DNA of 32,000 bases from Synechococcus sp. A15-28 (lineage in GTDB: Bacteria > Cyanobacteriota > Cyanobacteriia > PCC-6307 > Cyanobiaceae), in contig NZ_CP047931.1 of the NCBI RefSeq assembly GCF_014280175.1, forward strand, positions 780,001 through 812,000. The letters are read 5' to 3'. The first letter of the stretch is position 1, and every line of letters begins with the position of its first letter. Below are positions 8,414 through 18,158 of this stretch, in pieces. Below the pieces are notes generated by a model that was not told where the DNA came from, searched no databases, and saw only the letters and a list, made by a program, of their open reading frames with translations. The translations under genes were made by a program, and so were the position numbers.

Positions 8414-9282
8414 TAGCAGAACCACAGCCACTGCTGAAACAGCAGGTTGCGATGGGATCGCCAGGAGGTCTGGGGGTGGTCGGCATCGAAGTTCTCCGGC
8501 GGCGGCACATCTCCCCGGGCCCGATCCCGTTCCATTTCTCCCAGAATTCGCCCCACGTTGTACTCCGGATGACCGAGGTGCATCAGCTGGCGCTGGTCCG
8601 GTGTTTCGAAAATGGTGTAGCCGACGTTCTGTCCGTAGGCCAGCAGCCTCAGTCGGCCCTGGCGCTGAGCTGACTCCATGGCGCTGTCGGGCAAGCCGGC
8701 GTGGCGGCTCTGAGGACAAAGAAACCGATCGTCCTGGGTCCCCATCAGGGGATGCCCTGGAATCAGGCTCCGCAACGGGTAGATGCCGAACAGCTTGCGA
8801 TCGAACGGCACCTTGTCCACCCCTGCCAGATAGGCGAGAGCAAAGCCGGCCCAGCACAGCCCCAGCGTGCTGGCACAGCTGTGGCGTGCCTCGTCGATCA
8901 GTTCCACCAGTTCCGTCCAGTAGGTGACCTGCTCGAAGGGCAGGTGTTCCACCGGTGCGCCAGTGATGATCAGCCCGTCCAGTGGTCCCTGGGCCAGCGC
9001 TTCCTCCCAGCTCACGTAGAGATCCTTGAGGTGCTCATGATCCCAGCTTTTGTAGGCATGGGAAGCGAGCCGGATCCACACCGGTTCGATCTGCAGAACC
9101 GACAGCCCGAGGGGGTGGAGCAGGTTGAATTCGTACTGCTTGCCCAGGGGCATGATGTTCAGAATGCCGATCCGCAGGGGCCGGATGTCCTGACGCTCCG
9201 CCTGGGCGGGTTCGATCCAGGAGATCCGGTTGCGTTCGACGGCACCGATCTTGTGGTAGTCGCGGGGAAGAATCAGTGCCAT
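8389..9282 (-). CDS. metA: homoserine O-acyltransferase (MetA family)
   Basis: 'LRIGILNIMPLGKQYEFNLLHPLG', 'DGLIITGAPVEHLPFEQVTYWTELVELI', 'TLGLCWAGFALAYLAGVDKV', 'HLGHPEYNVGRILGEMERDRA', all typical of MetA. Confidence 0.95.
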   Translation of the reverse strand: MALILPRDYHKIGAVERNRISWIEPAQAERQDIRPLRIGILNIMPLGKQYEFNLLHPLGLSVLQIEPVWIRLASHAYKSWDHEHLKDLYVSWEEALAQGPLDGLIITGAPVEHLPFEQVTYWTELVELIDEARHSCASTLGLCWAGFALAYLAGVDKVPFDRKLFGIYPLRSLIPGHPLMGTQDDRFLCPQSRHAGLPDSAMESAQRQGRLRLLAYGQNVGYTIFETPDQRQLMHLGHPEYNVGRILGEMERDRARGDVPPPENFDADHPQTSWRSHRNLLFQQWLWFCYQRVSLSA

Positions 9283-9302
9283 GGGCAGGTCGGCGTCGTC
9301 AA

Positions 9303-10637
<1,335 letters not shown>

Positions 10638-10650
10638 CTATCCCTCTGTT

Positions 10651-11319
10651 CTAGTCATGGGACAGCTCAGGTTTGTCCGTATCCGCCAGCGAGGGGAACG
10701 TGCTGCGGATCAGGTTGTGAATCGCGTCATGGGCTTCGGCGTGGAATCCCCCTCGCGCCTCAGCGCTGAGGATGGGATAGGTGCGGTCGCTGCCATCCCC
10801 GTCCCGCAGGTGTTTCCAGCGGTTGTTCTCCTTCTCCTTCAGAGCATTGAGAGCTGCTTCGAAGTGAAAGGCTTTGACGTTGCCCAGGGCTGCCACCTGG
10901 CTGGCCAGGGTTTCGCGAATCGGAGCCAGGGCCTTGGCTTTCAACGTGTCGGGCAACCCCAGGACCGGTTGGTAGTGATCCAGGATTCTGAGTTCAGCCT
11001 CCAGCATCACCGGCCAGGCACCGGTTTCTCCATCGGCCAGCCCCATGTCGGCTTCCGCCTGCTGCATGGCCTCCAGGTGGAAGCGCAGCCAGCGGTAATA
11101 GGTTTTGTCCTTGATCGGTTTCTTGGCCGCCGCCCGTCCGGACAGAATCGCCGGGAGGGCGTTCTCCGCCTTGCGCAGGAACAGCCGATCCTCCCGCTCG
11201 AGGTTCATCGCCCCCCAGCGCTGGCGATACTCCCAGAGCTCGACATACCGGGACACATCGGGTCCATTCCAGCCCAGACCTTTCAGCTCTTCACCGCGGT
11301 GGGAGAGTTCCTGCGCCAC
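10651..11319 (-). CDS. conserved-looking hypothetical protein
   Basis: 222-aa ORF with normal amino-acid composition; I recognise no family motif. Confidence 0.65.
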   Translation of the reverse strand: MAQELSHRGEELKGLGWNGPDVSRYVELWEYRQRWGAMNLEREDRLFLRKAENALPAILSGRAAAKKPIKDKTYYRWLRFHLEAMQQAEADMGLADGETGAWPVMLEAELRILDHYQPVLGLPDTLKAKALAPIRETLASQVAALGNVKAFHFEAALNALKEKENNRWKHLRDGDGSDRTYPILSAEARGGFHAEAHDAIHNLIRSTFPSLADTDKPELSHD

Positions 11320-11363
11320 GCCCTGCTTCGTTTGACGGATTCCTGCAGCGTAGTGGGCAGGCC

Positions 11364-12296
11364 TCAGGACGCCGGTGGACGGCTTTCAGGTTTCTGGCGG
11401 AGGTAGTCCTGAACCGAGATCGGGCGCTGCTGCTGGTAGCCGACGGGAAGCCAGAGGTCGCCGGCGTCAGCGTTGAAGTGAATTTCCCAGTGGTACAGCC
11501 CGGTGTAAGCACGCGGGTCCTCCTTGATCAGGGAGGCATACAGAAGAACGGCGCGTCCGTAGTAGTCACTGTTGTTGTACCCCCAGAGACCACGCCGAAT
11601 GTCCTTGAGACCTCCCCGGCGGACCAGGTAACGAGCGGCGGCCTGAATCGCGTCGTGGGGATCACGGATGTTGCCGGCGCCGATGCCGGGCTCCGCCCAC
11701 GTGGTGGGCAGGAACTGCATCGGTCCCTGGGCATTGGCAACCGACACGCCGTCGATGCGTCCCATGCCGGTTTCGACCAGATTGACCGCCGCCAGCACCT
11801 CCCATTCGATGCCGGTCGCTGCCTCGGCTTTTTTGTAGTAGCTGATGAGCTTGTCGGCAGGCTCCGGCGGAATGATCCGCCAGGCCGGCAGGGTGGAGGG
11901 GCCACGGCCGCGGCTCATGCTCAGGAATTCCCGACGGGCCGCCAGGTGTCGTTCTGCAATGCTCCGCCATTGCGTTGGAAGGGCGGCCAACACCGCAGCC
12001 GAGCGAACGGGGTCCTTGGAGAGCACCCGATAGATCACCTGTTGCCGATGCCCCAGATCCGGCAGATCAGCCTTGGCTGTGGACGGGTCCCGCAGGGCTG
12101 CTTCCACGGATGCCAAAAGGGTGGCGGCGGCCATCGGCTGGGCTGGAACGCCTGGATAGCGCCGTTGAACGGGTGCTGCAGCTGAAAGAGCAGGGCTGTT
12201 GGCGGTTGTGCAGATGCCCTGGTGCATCAGTTCGATGCTGATGGGACCGGCCACAGCCACCAGAGCTGCGGTGATCAGGACGGAATGACGTCCCAT
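11364..12296 (-). CDS. lytic murein transglycosylase, SLT-like domain, exported
   Basis: N-terminal signal/anchor, then 'YYKKAEAATGIEWEVLAAVNLVETGMGRIDGVSVANAQGPMQFLPTTW...GNIRDPHDAIQAAARYLVRRGG...GLWGYNNSDYYGRAVLLYA' (goose-lysozyme/SLT-like catalytic region). Confidence 0.85.
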   Translation of the reverse strand: MGRHSVLITAALVAVAGPISIELMHQGICTTANSPALSAAAPVQRRYPGVPAQPMAAATLLASVEAALRDPSTAKADLPDLGHRQQVIYRVLSKDPVRSAAVLAALPTQWRSIAERHLAARREFLSMSRGRGPSTLPAWRIIPPEPADKLISYYKKAEAATGIEWEVLAAVNLVETGMGRIDGVSVANAQGPMQFLPTTWAEPGIGAGNIRDPHDAIQAAARYLVRRGGLKDIRRGLWGYNNSDYYGRAVLLYASLIKEDPRAYTGLYHWEIHFNADAGDLWLPVGYQQQRPISVQDYLRQKPESRPPAS

Positions 12297-12335
12297 GGCG
12301 GAGCAAAGCCTTTCGGCCGAAGCTACCGGTTCTGC

Positions 12336-12917
12336 CTAGGCCTGCAGGAAGGTGCTGCGGTCGTGGAAGTCGGCCCGGCTGTCGCCATGGCGCAGGGCCC
12401 AGTGACTGATGCCGTTGGCGCCTCGATCCAGCACCGTGGTGAGGGCCAGCTCCGGGCAGCGTTCATCCGGCCACCAGGGGGACAGATCCAGCTGGGCATC
12501 GAGACGAAGCTGGTGATGCCAGCGGCGCAGGGTGACCTCCGGTGGGCTTTGCAGGGGCTGTTGACATTGGCCCGAGCGGTAGCCCTCGAACCGGTAAAGC
12601 GCCCAGTCCCCGTTGGGGGCCAGGTTGATCTCCCAGTAGCCGGGCTGATCCGGAAGGGCGAGAAATGCCTCGAAGCAGGTGGTGGTCCAGAGCTCATCGC
12701 GGCGCTGCCCGGCCACCTGAGGACCATCGATCAGACCGTCAGGCACCACGAGCTCATTAAGGCCGGAAGCCGCGGCAGCCAAGACGCCGAAACTGAGCTC
12801 CAGTTGACCGTTCCGGCTCCAGATCAGTTCACCACTCACCTGGAGCGCCTGGGGAACGGAGCGTTCAAACGGAACCAGGCGGGAGGCCTGAAGCAGCATC
12901 ACGGCGGGGCGTGCCAT
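12336..12917 (-). CDS. DOMON-like domain protein
   Basis: 'LWTTTCFEAFLALPDQPGYWEINLAPNGDWALYRFEGYRSGQ...VTLRRWHHQLRLDAQLDLSPWWP...ELALTTVLDRGANGISHWALRHGDSRADFHDRSTF' matches the cyanobacterial DOMON-like pattern. Confidence 0.65.
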   Translation of the reverse strand: MARPAVMLLQASRLVPFERSVPQALQVSGELIWSRNGQLELSFGVLAAAASGLNELVVPDGLIDGPQVAGQRRDELWTTTCFEAFLALPDQPGYWEINLAPNGDWALYRFEGYRSGQCQQPLQSPPEVTLRRWHHQLRLDAQLDLSPWWPDERCPELALTTVLDRGANGISHWALRHGDSRADFHDRSTFLQA

Positions 12918-12918
12918 C

Positions 12919-14061
12919 TCAGCAACCCGCCAGGCGATGCACCATGGACTTGATCTGCGGGAGCTGCTGCTCGACCGACTCGGTCAGGCGGAACTGCACG
13001 GCAGCTCTCTGGAGGTTGTGGCCGGGACGCTCGGTGCGGAAGTAGACGTCCCCTTCCAGATGATCCGTCAGGAAGCGCAGGCCGAGTTCCAAGGGGATCA
13101 GACGAATGCAGTCCGGAAGGTAGTGCAGATCCCAGTCACTGAGAAAATGTCGAGCCACGGAGAGATAACCCTCAAGGATCGACTCACACAGTTCGAGGTC
13201 GAAGCGCACCGTATGGAGTTGGTCGGTTTCTTCGCCGGAGGGGTTGCAGCAGGAGCGCAGGCAATCGCCGATGTCGTAGTGGACCAGTCCCGGCTTGACG
13301 GTGTCGAGATCGATCAGTCCGACGGCATGCCCGCTGGTTTCATCGATCATCACGTTGTTGATCTTGGGATCGCCGTGGATCGGGCGCTGCTGCAGCTCTC
13401 CGCGTTGAAGAGCAGCTTCCAGAACATCGATGCCGTGACGCCGTGCCTCGATGAAGGCGCCGGCGGCACAAACGCCCGGGCCCTCGGAATGGCACGATTT
13501 GATGACGGTGTCGTAACGGTGCAGATACGCCGGCGTAACATGAAAGTTCTCAAGCGTGTCCTTCAGCTGGTCTGCGGGGAGGTCGCTGATCAGGCTGTGG
13601 AACATGCCCAGCCCGTAGCCCACCTCGCGAGCGTGATTGCGGTCGAGAATCACATCCGTGGTGGTGGCAGCACCGATGTAGGTGATGGAACGCCAGAACT
13701 CTCCGTCCTGCTCCACCCAGTGCCCTTGTTGCCGGCAGCGCACCACCTGGGGCACTTCCCAGCGGCGGCCGCAGAGTTCCGCTGGTGGTGAAGCCAGTCG
13801 TCGCTGAACGTGGTCTCCAAGGGCCACAAGGTTGTGCATCACCAGCTCGGGGCGTTCAAACACACGCCTGCTGAGCCGCTGCAGCACAAAAGAGCCTGCA
13901 GGGCCGCTGGGGCGATGGCCCTGGTGGGTCACCAGGAACGTGTCGTTGACGTTGCCTGACCCGAGGGAGCGGATGGCCGTGATGCGTTCGCGGGGATGAA
14001 AGCGACCCGCGATGGCTTCAACGGCCTGGCTCAAGGGAATCTCAGTGGTCTCAGGCTGCAA
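12919..14061 (-). CDS. APH-fold phosphotransferase, NahK (N-acetylhexosamine 1-kinase)-like
   Basis: 'SGNVNDTFLV', 'FVLQRLSRRVFERPELVMHNLVAL', 'RPIHGDPKINNVMIDETSGHAVGLIDLDTVKPGLVHYDIGDCLRS' (Brenner/APH catalytic loop HGDxKxxN plus DxD). Confidence 0.78.
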   Translation of the reverse strand: MQPETTEIPLSQAVEAIAGRFHPRERITAIRSLGSGNVNDTFLVTHQGHRPSGPAGSFVLQRLSRRVFERPELVMHNLVALGDHVQRRLASPPAELCGRRWEVPQVVRCRQQGHWVEQDGEFWRSITYIGAATTTDVILDRNHAREVGYGLGMFHSLISDLPADQLKDTLENFHVTPAYLHRYDTVIKSCHSEGPGVCAAGAFIEARRHGIDVLEAALQRGELQQRPIHGDPKINNVMIDETSGHAVGLIDLDTVKPGLVHYDIGDCLRSCCNPSGEETDQLHTVRFDLELCESILEGYLSVARHFLSDWDLHYLPDCIRLIPLELGLRFLTDHLEGDVYFRTERPGHNLQRAAVQFRLTESVEQQLPQIKSMVHRLAGC

Positions 14062-14115
14062 ATGTCGCGCTGATTCGCTGGATCGCCAGGGTCAGGTGTG
14101 CGGAAAGCCAGGCGA

Positions 14116-15630
14116 CTAACCGTCCAGTTGGCTCTCGATGGCCTCCATCAACTGCAGGTACGCCGGCCCGGAACTGCTCGCACCTTCGTCGAGGTTCACC
14201 TCTCCGCGGATGGCGCGTCTGGCGTTATCGGCAATCACGGCATTCACCACCAGATCCAGTGCGTCCGGCACCTCAAGGTTCTGGAGGGCATCGGCGTAGC
14301 GACGACTGTGGCTTGGACGCACCGATTCCTGGCAGTAACTGGACAGCTCACGGCTGTCGGTCATCACCCGATAGGCCGTTTCCTTCACCGCAGGTCGCCC
14401 GTAGAGGGCCATGTACAACAGGTTCACCATCGAGGCGTCGTGGGGGGGGATGGCGTATTTGCGGGCGATCTGAGGCCAGTAGCGCAGAGCCTTCAGACCT
14501 TCCAGACCGCCCCTGGGCAGTCCGGCGGACTCGCAGCTCTGCTCCAGCTCCTCCATGGAGGTGGGACAGCGCTCTTCCCGGCGCATCAGGGTTGCCATCA
14601 CCTGACCCGCCTGAAAGTTGCGGGTTGGCTTGCCGGAGCTGGGTTGCATCATGCTGCCCCTCACATCCGCCACCATCGCCGTCAGCTGGGTGAAGGTGTG
14701 ATCCCTCACTTTCTCAAAGTCGCCATCCCGCACCAACGTGGCTTCGATGCGCGGCACCGCATAGCCCAGTTCGGTGAGGGGAATCGGCTGGCGGTGATAC
14801 AGCTTCTGCCGATCCGGGCGAGCCATGGAGACGGTGGCGGCCTGATCCAGGCATTGATCCAGAAGCAAGGTGAGCAGCGTCGGCAGCACCCCTGGGTTCT
14901 CCTGGTGATAGGCGTAGCCGAACCCGGCAAACACCGATGACATGTTCTTGGCGGCCTTGATGTACTGCCCTTCCACGTTGTGGACCCCTGCCGCCACCTG
15001 AATATTCGGGGAGAGCTGATCGAGCAGCTGAGCCCCCAGCATCGCGATCAGGGCATTGGGGTGGCAGAAGTTGGCCGTGAAGCTGTCGAACGGGTTGCGC
15101 AGGGCTCCGTGGCGGTGGAATCCGGAGAAGAAGGCCAGGTTCGGCTGCTTCTCACAGAGCACATAGGCGGTGTTGCTGATCGGGTCGTGGTTGAAGGACC
15201 CGGCCAGGCAGGCCAGAACCACCTGCTCCCGTCCCAGTTCCTCCCGCAGCCGGCAGGCCTCCAGCAGATCCTCTTCAACATGGTTGCTGTTGGCGCTGAG
15301 AACCACCAGTTCGCAACGCAGGATCAGGTCCTGCAGCGTGTTGGGGACCCGTTCCCCCGAAACGCGATGGGTTCCCATGTCGAGCACCCGCTCGACATGC
15401 TCACCATCCATGCTGTCAACAACCTCCTGAGCGAAGGCTCCCAGCAGCTGCCGGGCAGGGCGAGGGGCCAGCAGCAATCGGCCAGCCTCGTTCTGCATGG
15501 CGCAGTTGTAGGCCAGCGAAGCGGGGTAGAGCCCAACGCTGTAGAACCCCACCTTGCCTGCCATGACTTCACGGACTCGCAAGCGGATCGAGGCCGCATC
15601 CAGGCTCTGATCGAAAAAGGAGTTGCGCAT
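14116..15630 (-). CDS. uncharacterised 504-aa protein, distantly NAD-dependent glycerol-3-phosphate dehydrogenase-like
   Basis: Long high-quality ORF. 'ILRCELVVLSANSNHVEEDLLEACRLR' and 'VAAGVHNVEGQYIKAAKNMSSVFAGFGYAY' resemble G3PDH/beta-hydroxyacid dehydrogenase elements. Family assignment is tentative. Confidence 0.55.
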   Translation of the reverse strand: MRNSFFDQSLDAASIRLRVREVMAGKVGFYSVGLYPASLAYNCAMQNEAGRLLLAPRPARQLLGAFAQEVVDSMDGEHVERVLDMGTHRVSGERVPNTLQDLILRCELVVLSANSNHVEEDLLEACRLREELGREQVVLACLAGSFNHDPISNTAYVLCEKQPNLAFFSGFHRHGALRNPFDSFTANFCHPNALIAMLGAQLLDQLSPNIQVAAGVHNVEGQYIKAAKNMSSVFAGFGYAYHQENPGVLPTLLTLLLDQCLDQAATVSMARPDRQKLYHRQPIPLTELGYAVPRIEATLVRDGDFEKVRDHTFTQLTAMVADVRGSMMQPSSGKPTRNFQAGQVMATLMRREERCPTSMEELEQSCESAGLPRGGLEGLKALRYWPQIARKYAIPPHDASMVNLLYMALYGRPAVKETAYRVMTDSRELSSYCQESVRPSHSRRYADALQNLEVPDALDLVVNAVIADNARRAIRGEVNLDEGASSSGPAYLQLMEAIESQLDG

Positions 15631-15687
15631 GGGGGCAGCCTATGAACTCCGCCGTTCAGGAGACTGGGCCGATGCAGCTGCTGGGCC

Positions 15688-16272
15688 ATGACCCTCACCC
15701 TTTACGGCGGTCCCCGAACGCGAGCCTCGATGCCGCGTTGGTACCTCGAGGAGAAGGGAATTCCCTATGAGCTGAAGGAGTTGGACCTGCGGGGAAACCA
15801 GCACCGTCAGCCGGAGTATCTGGCGATCAATCCATTCGGAAAGTTGCCGGCTCTGGTGGACACGTCCTGTCAGGGAATGGACGGCCAACCGCTGACGTTG
15901 TTCGAATCGGGGGCCATCCTCTTGCATCTGGCGGAGCACCATGCCGGTGAGATCACATCGGCATCGCAACGGTCGCTGATCGCGCAATGGCTGTTGTTTG
16001 CCAACGCGACTCTGGCCATTGCCCTGTTCGTGCCCAGCAACCGTGAACGGGAGTTCCCGAGGTTGATGGAGGAACTGAACCGCCAACTCGCGCCTGGTCG
16101 ACCCCTTGTGGGGGATCACTGGGGTGCTGCTGATTGTGCGGTGACGGCCTATCTGGCTTACTTGCCGATCTTCTTTCCCCAGGAGGATCTTTCCCCCTAT
16201 CCGGCGATTCAGAGCCTGATCACCAGCACGCAGCAGCGACCGGCCTACCGCAAGGTGATGGGCATGGCTTGA
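15688..16272 (+). CDS. glutathione S-transferase family protein
   Basis: 'MTLTLYGGPRTRASMPRWYLEEKGIPYELKELDLRGNQHRQPEYLAINPFGKLPALVD...LTLFESGAILLHLAEH' is a clear thioredoxin-fold GST N-terminus; helical C-terminal domain follows. Confidence 0.93.
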   Translation: MTLTLYGGPRTRASMPRWYLEEKGIPYELKELDLRGNQHRQPEYLAINPFGKLPALVDTSCQGMDGQPLTLFESGAILLHLAEHHAGEITSASQRSLIAQWLLFANATLAIALFVPSNREREFPRLMEELNRQLAPGRPLVGDHWGAADCAVTAYLAYLPIFFPQEDLSPYPAIQSLITSTQQRPAYRKVMGMA

Positions 16273-16307
16273 GCAAACGCGGTTTAGTGCGGAAAAGGTT
16301 CCTTGTG

Positions 16308-16787
16308 ATGCCGTCGTCCCGTCAGGAGTTGCTGTTCGCTTATCGCTGGCCGATCGCCCTGGTGGGGTCGAGCCTGATCCTGGGAGGAGCTGTTCTGGTT
16401 CTGGCGCAAACGGCGGTGCGATTGCTGAGCCAGCCGATTCCGATCGCGATTGAAGGTGGTCTGCAGGTGGACAAGCTGGTGCTGCCGCCGACGGTGAACA
16501 TCAGCAGCGCAACCCCGCTACCCGTTGTGGTGAATGACCCCGTGTCTGTCGCGAACAAGCATCCACTGACGATCAGAGGTCCGCTGACGGTGAAGGCGCT
16601 GCAGGGAACGGTGCAGGTGAAGGGGGATGTGCAGGCCAAAGCTCAGGTGACCTCGATCGAGACGCCAGTGACCGTTCAGGGCGAGGTGTCCGTCAAGGAC
16701 CCGCTCAGCATCAAGGGCAAGGTGACGGTGGACGGCAAGGTGGGTGCCAAGGTGAAACCAACTCTCCTTCCGATGCCGATCAAGTAA
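16308..16787 (+). CDS. membrane-anchored Val/Gly-rich repeat protein, unknown function
   Basis: N-terminal TM (WPIALVGSSLILGGAVLVLAQTAVRLL), then an alternating strand-like segment 'LTIRGPLTVKALQGTVQVKGDVQAKAQVTSIETPVTVQGEVSVKDPLSIKGKVTVDGKVGAKVK'. Confidence 0.7.
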   Translation: MPSSRQELLFAYRWPIALVGSSLILGGAVLVLAQTAVRLLSQPIPIAIEGGLQVDKLVLPPTVNISSATPLPVVVNDPVSVANKHPLTIRGPLTVKALQGTVQVKGDVQAKAQVTSIETPVTVQGEVSVKDPLSIKGKVTVDGKVGAKVKPTLLPMPIK

Positions 16788-16812
16788 CGGCTTTCTGGGA
16801 AGGACAGCCCAT

Positions 16813-18147
16813 TCAGGTCGATTGATTCCGTGGCGCCTGGCCATCGCCGACCAGCAGACCTCGTTCCCAGCGCTTGGTCTGCCTCAGGCCGAGGGCTCCG
16901 GTGGCACTGACGATCAGGCCGATGCTGATGAGCCACCAGCCTCCATTGAGGCCAATGAGAATGGCTCCTGCCCACAACAACCCCCAGCAGACCGGTTGAG
17001 CCCGACGGATCCAGATCAGCGCTGTTGAGCAGCTGCGGCAGTGGATGGTGTGGGAGTGGTAACGGTCCATCAACGCCTCTGTCGGCTGACGGTCTGGCAG
17101 CGGCTGGCCGGCAAACGGCTCGCCGCCGTTGTTGTTGATCCAGCGATGCAACGCAGCCACGTAGACGTCTGCAGCCGTCGGCAGGAAAAAAGCCCGTTCG
17201 GCGAACGCACTGCCCCCTGCGGCTGCCAGGGTGCGCTCCTGCCAGTGCAGGAAGACCTGATCGTCCTCCAGCACCTTGTGGTTGCCGATGTGCTGCAGCC
17301 AGCGGGGTCGCAGACCGATCAGCAGCCTTGGCAGAGCTGACTGGAACTGGAACGGGAAACGCGCAAACAGGCGGCATTCGCCGCGACGGATCGGTACGGC
17401 GTAAACCACGGTGAGGATGCGACCGAAACCCTTGGCGGTGAGGTCGTGCCACATCAGCTGCGGTGCCAGGAAGGTGGTGGACTGGGCGCCGAGCTTGCCC
17501 CGCCGTGGCCCCTCCTCCCAGTAAGCCCTGAAGCCGCTGGCGTCTTCCTCCGTGATCGTGGCCTCCACCGGTGCTGCGTTGTCCCGCTTGCCAACGGTTT
17601 TGTGGTGGGTGAAGGGCACGTGGCTCACATCCAGCACGTTCTCCAGCAGGGTGACGGCGTCCATGGGCAGGTCGCGGAACGTGTCCTGCACCGTCCAGCT
17701 GTCGGGGTTCTCCTCCAGTGCCGGCACCAGCGGCAGTTGCTTGGGATCTGCGCTGTCCGGGGCGCCCATCCACACAAACAGCAGCCCTTGAGTGCTGGCG
17801 GTCGGCAGGCTGGCGCAGCGGGAGCGCCGACTGTCCGGTTGGGTGTTCTCCAGGGCCTGGGGGATCAGACGACACTGGCCCTCACCGTCGAAACTCCAAC
17901 CGTGGTACGGGCATTCGAGCTGACCTGCCTCGTTGATGCGCCCCTCACTCAAGGGAACGAGCCGATGGGGACAGACGTCGGGAAAGACGCGCCAGCAGTC
18001 CTCCATGCGGTCCCACCAGATGACCAGATCGCGCTCCAGCAGGGTGAAGCGATTGGGCCGTTTCGGATCCAGATCCGTCAGGTAGCTGATCGGCCACCAC
18101 TGCTCTGTCCAGGTGGGATGCATCGTCTGGCCGAACAATGGGGCCAT
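16813..18147 (-). CDS. Rieske 2Fe-2S oxygenase, pheophorbide a oxygenase (PaO)-like
   Basis: Rieske motif 'CPHRLVPLSEGRINEAGQLECPYHGWSFDGEGQC', downstream mononuclear-iron region 'ENVLDVSHVPFTHHKTVG', C-terminal hydrophobic helices. Confidence 0.9.
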   Translation of the reverse strand: MAPLFGQTMHPTWTEQWWPISYLTDLDPKRPNRFTLLERDLVIWWDRMEDCWRVFPDVCPHRLVPLSEGRINEAGQLECPYHGWSFDGEGQCRLIPQALENTQPDSRRSRCASLPTASTQGLLFVWMGAPDSADPKQLPLVPALEENPDSWTVQDTFRDLPMDAVTLLENVLDVSHVPFTHHKTVGKRDNAAPVEATITEEDASGFRAYWEEGPRRGKLGAQSTTFLAPQLMWHDLTAKGFGRILTVVYAVPIRRGECRLFARFPFQFQSALPRLLIGLRPRWLQHIGNHKVLEDDQVFLHWQERTLAAAGGSAFAERAFFLPTAADVYVAALHRWINNNGGEPFAGQPLPDRQPTEALMDRYHSHTIHCRSCSTALIWIRRAQPVCWGLLWAGAILIGLNGGWWLISIGLIVSATGALGLRQTKRWERGLLVGDGQAPRNQST

Positions 18148-18158
18148 GATCGCCAGGT

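Noticed and set aside
12937-14940. Long plus-strand ORFs (284 aa at 12937-13791, 280 aa at 14098-14940)
   Set aside because: They mirror the minus-strand kinase and 504-aa genes codon for codon and have no recognisable motifs; treated as antisense shadows.
16676-17875. 399-aa minus-strand ORF in a second frame of the Rieske gene
   Set aside because: Its composition is Arg/Pro/Gly/His-rich, typical of an out-of-frame read. The 16813-18147 frame carries the Rieske motif.
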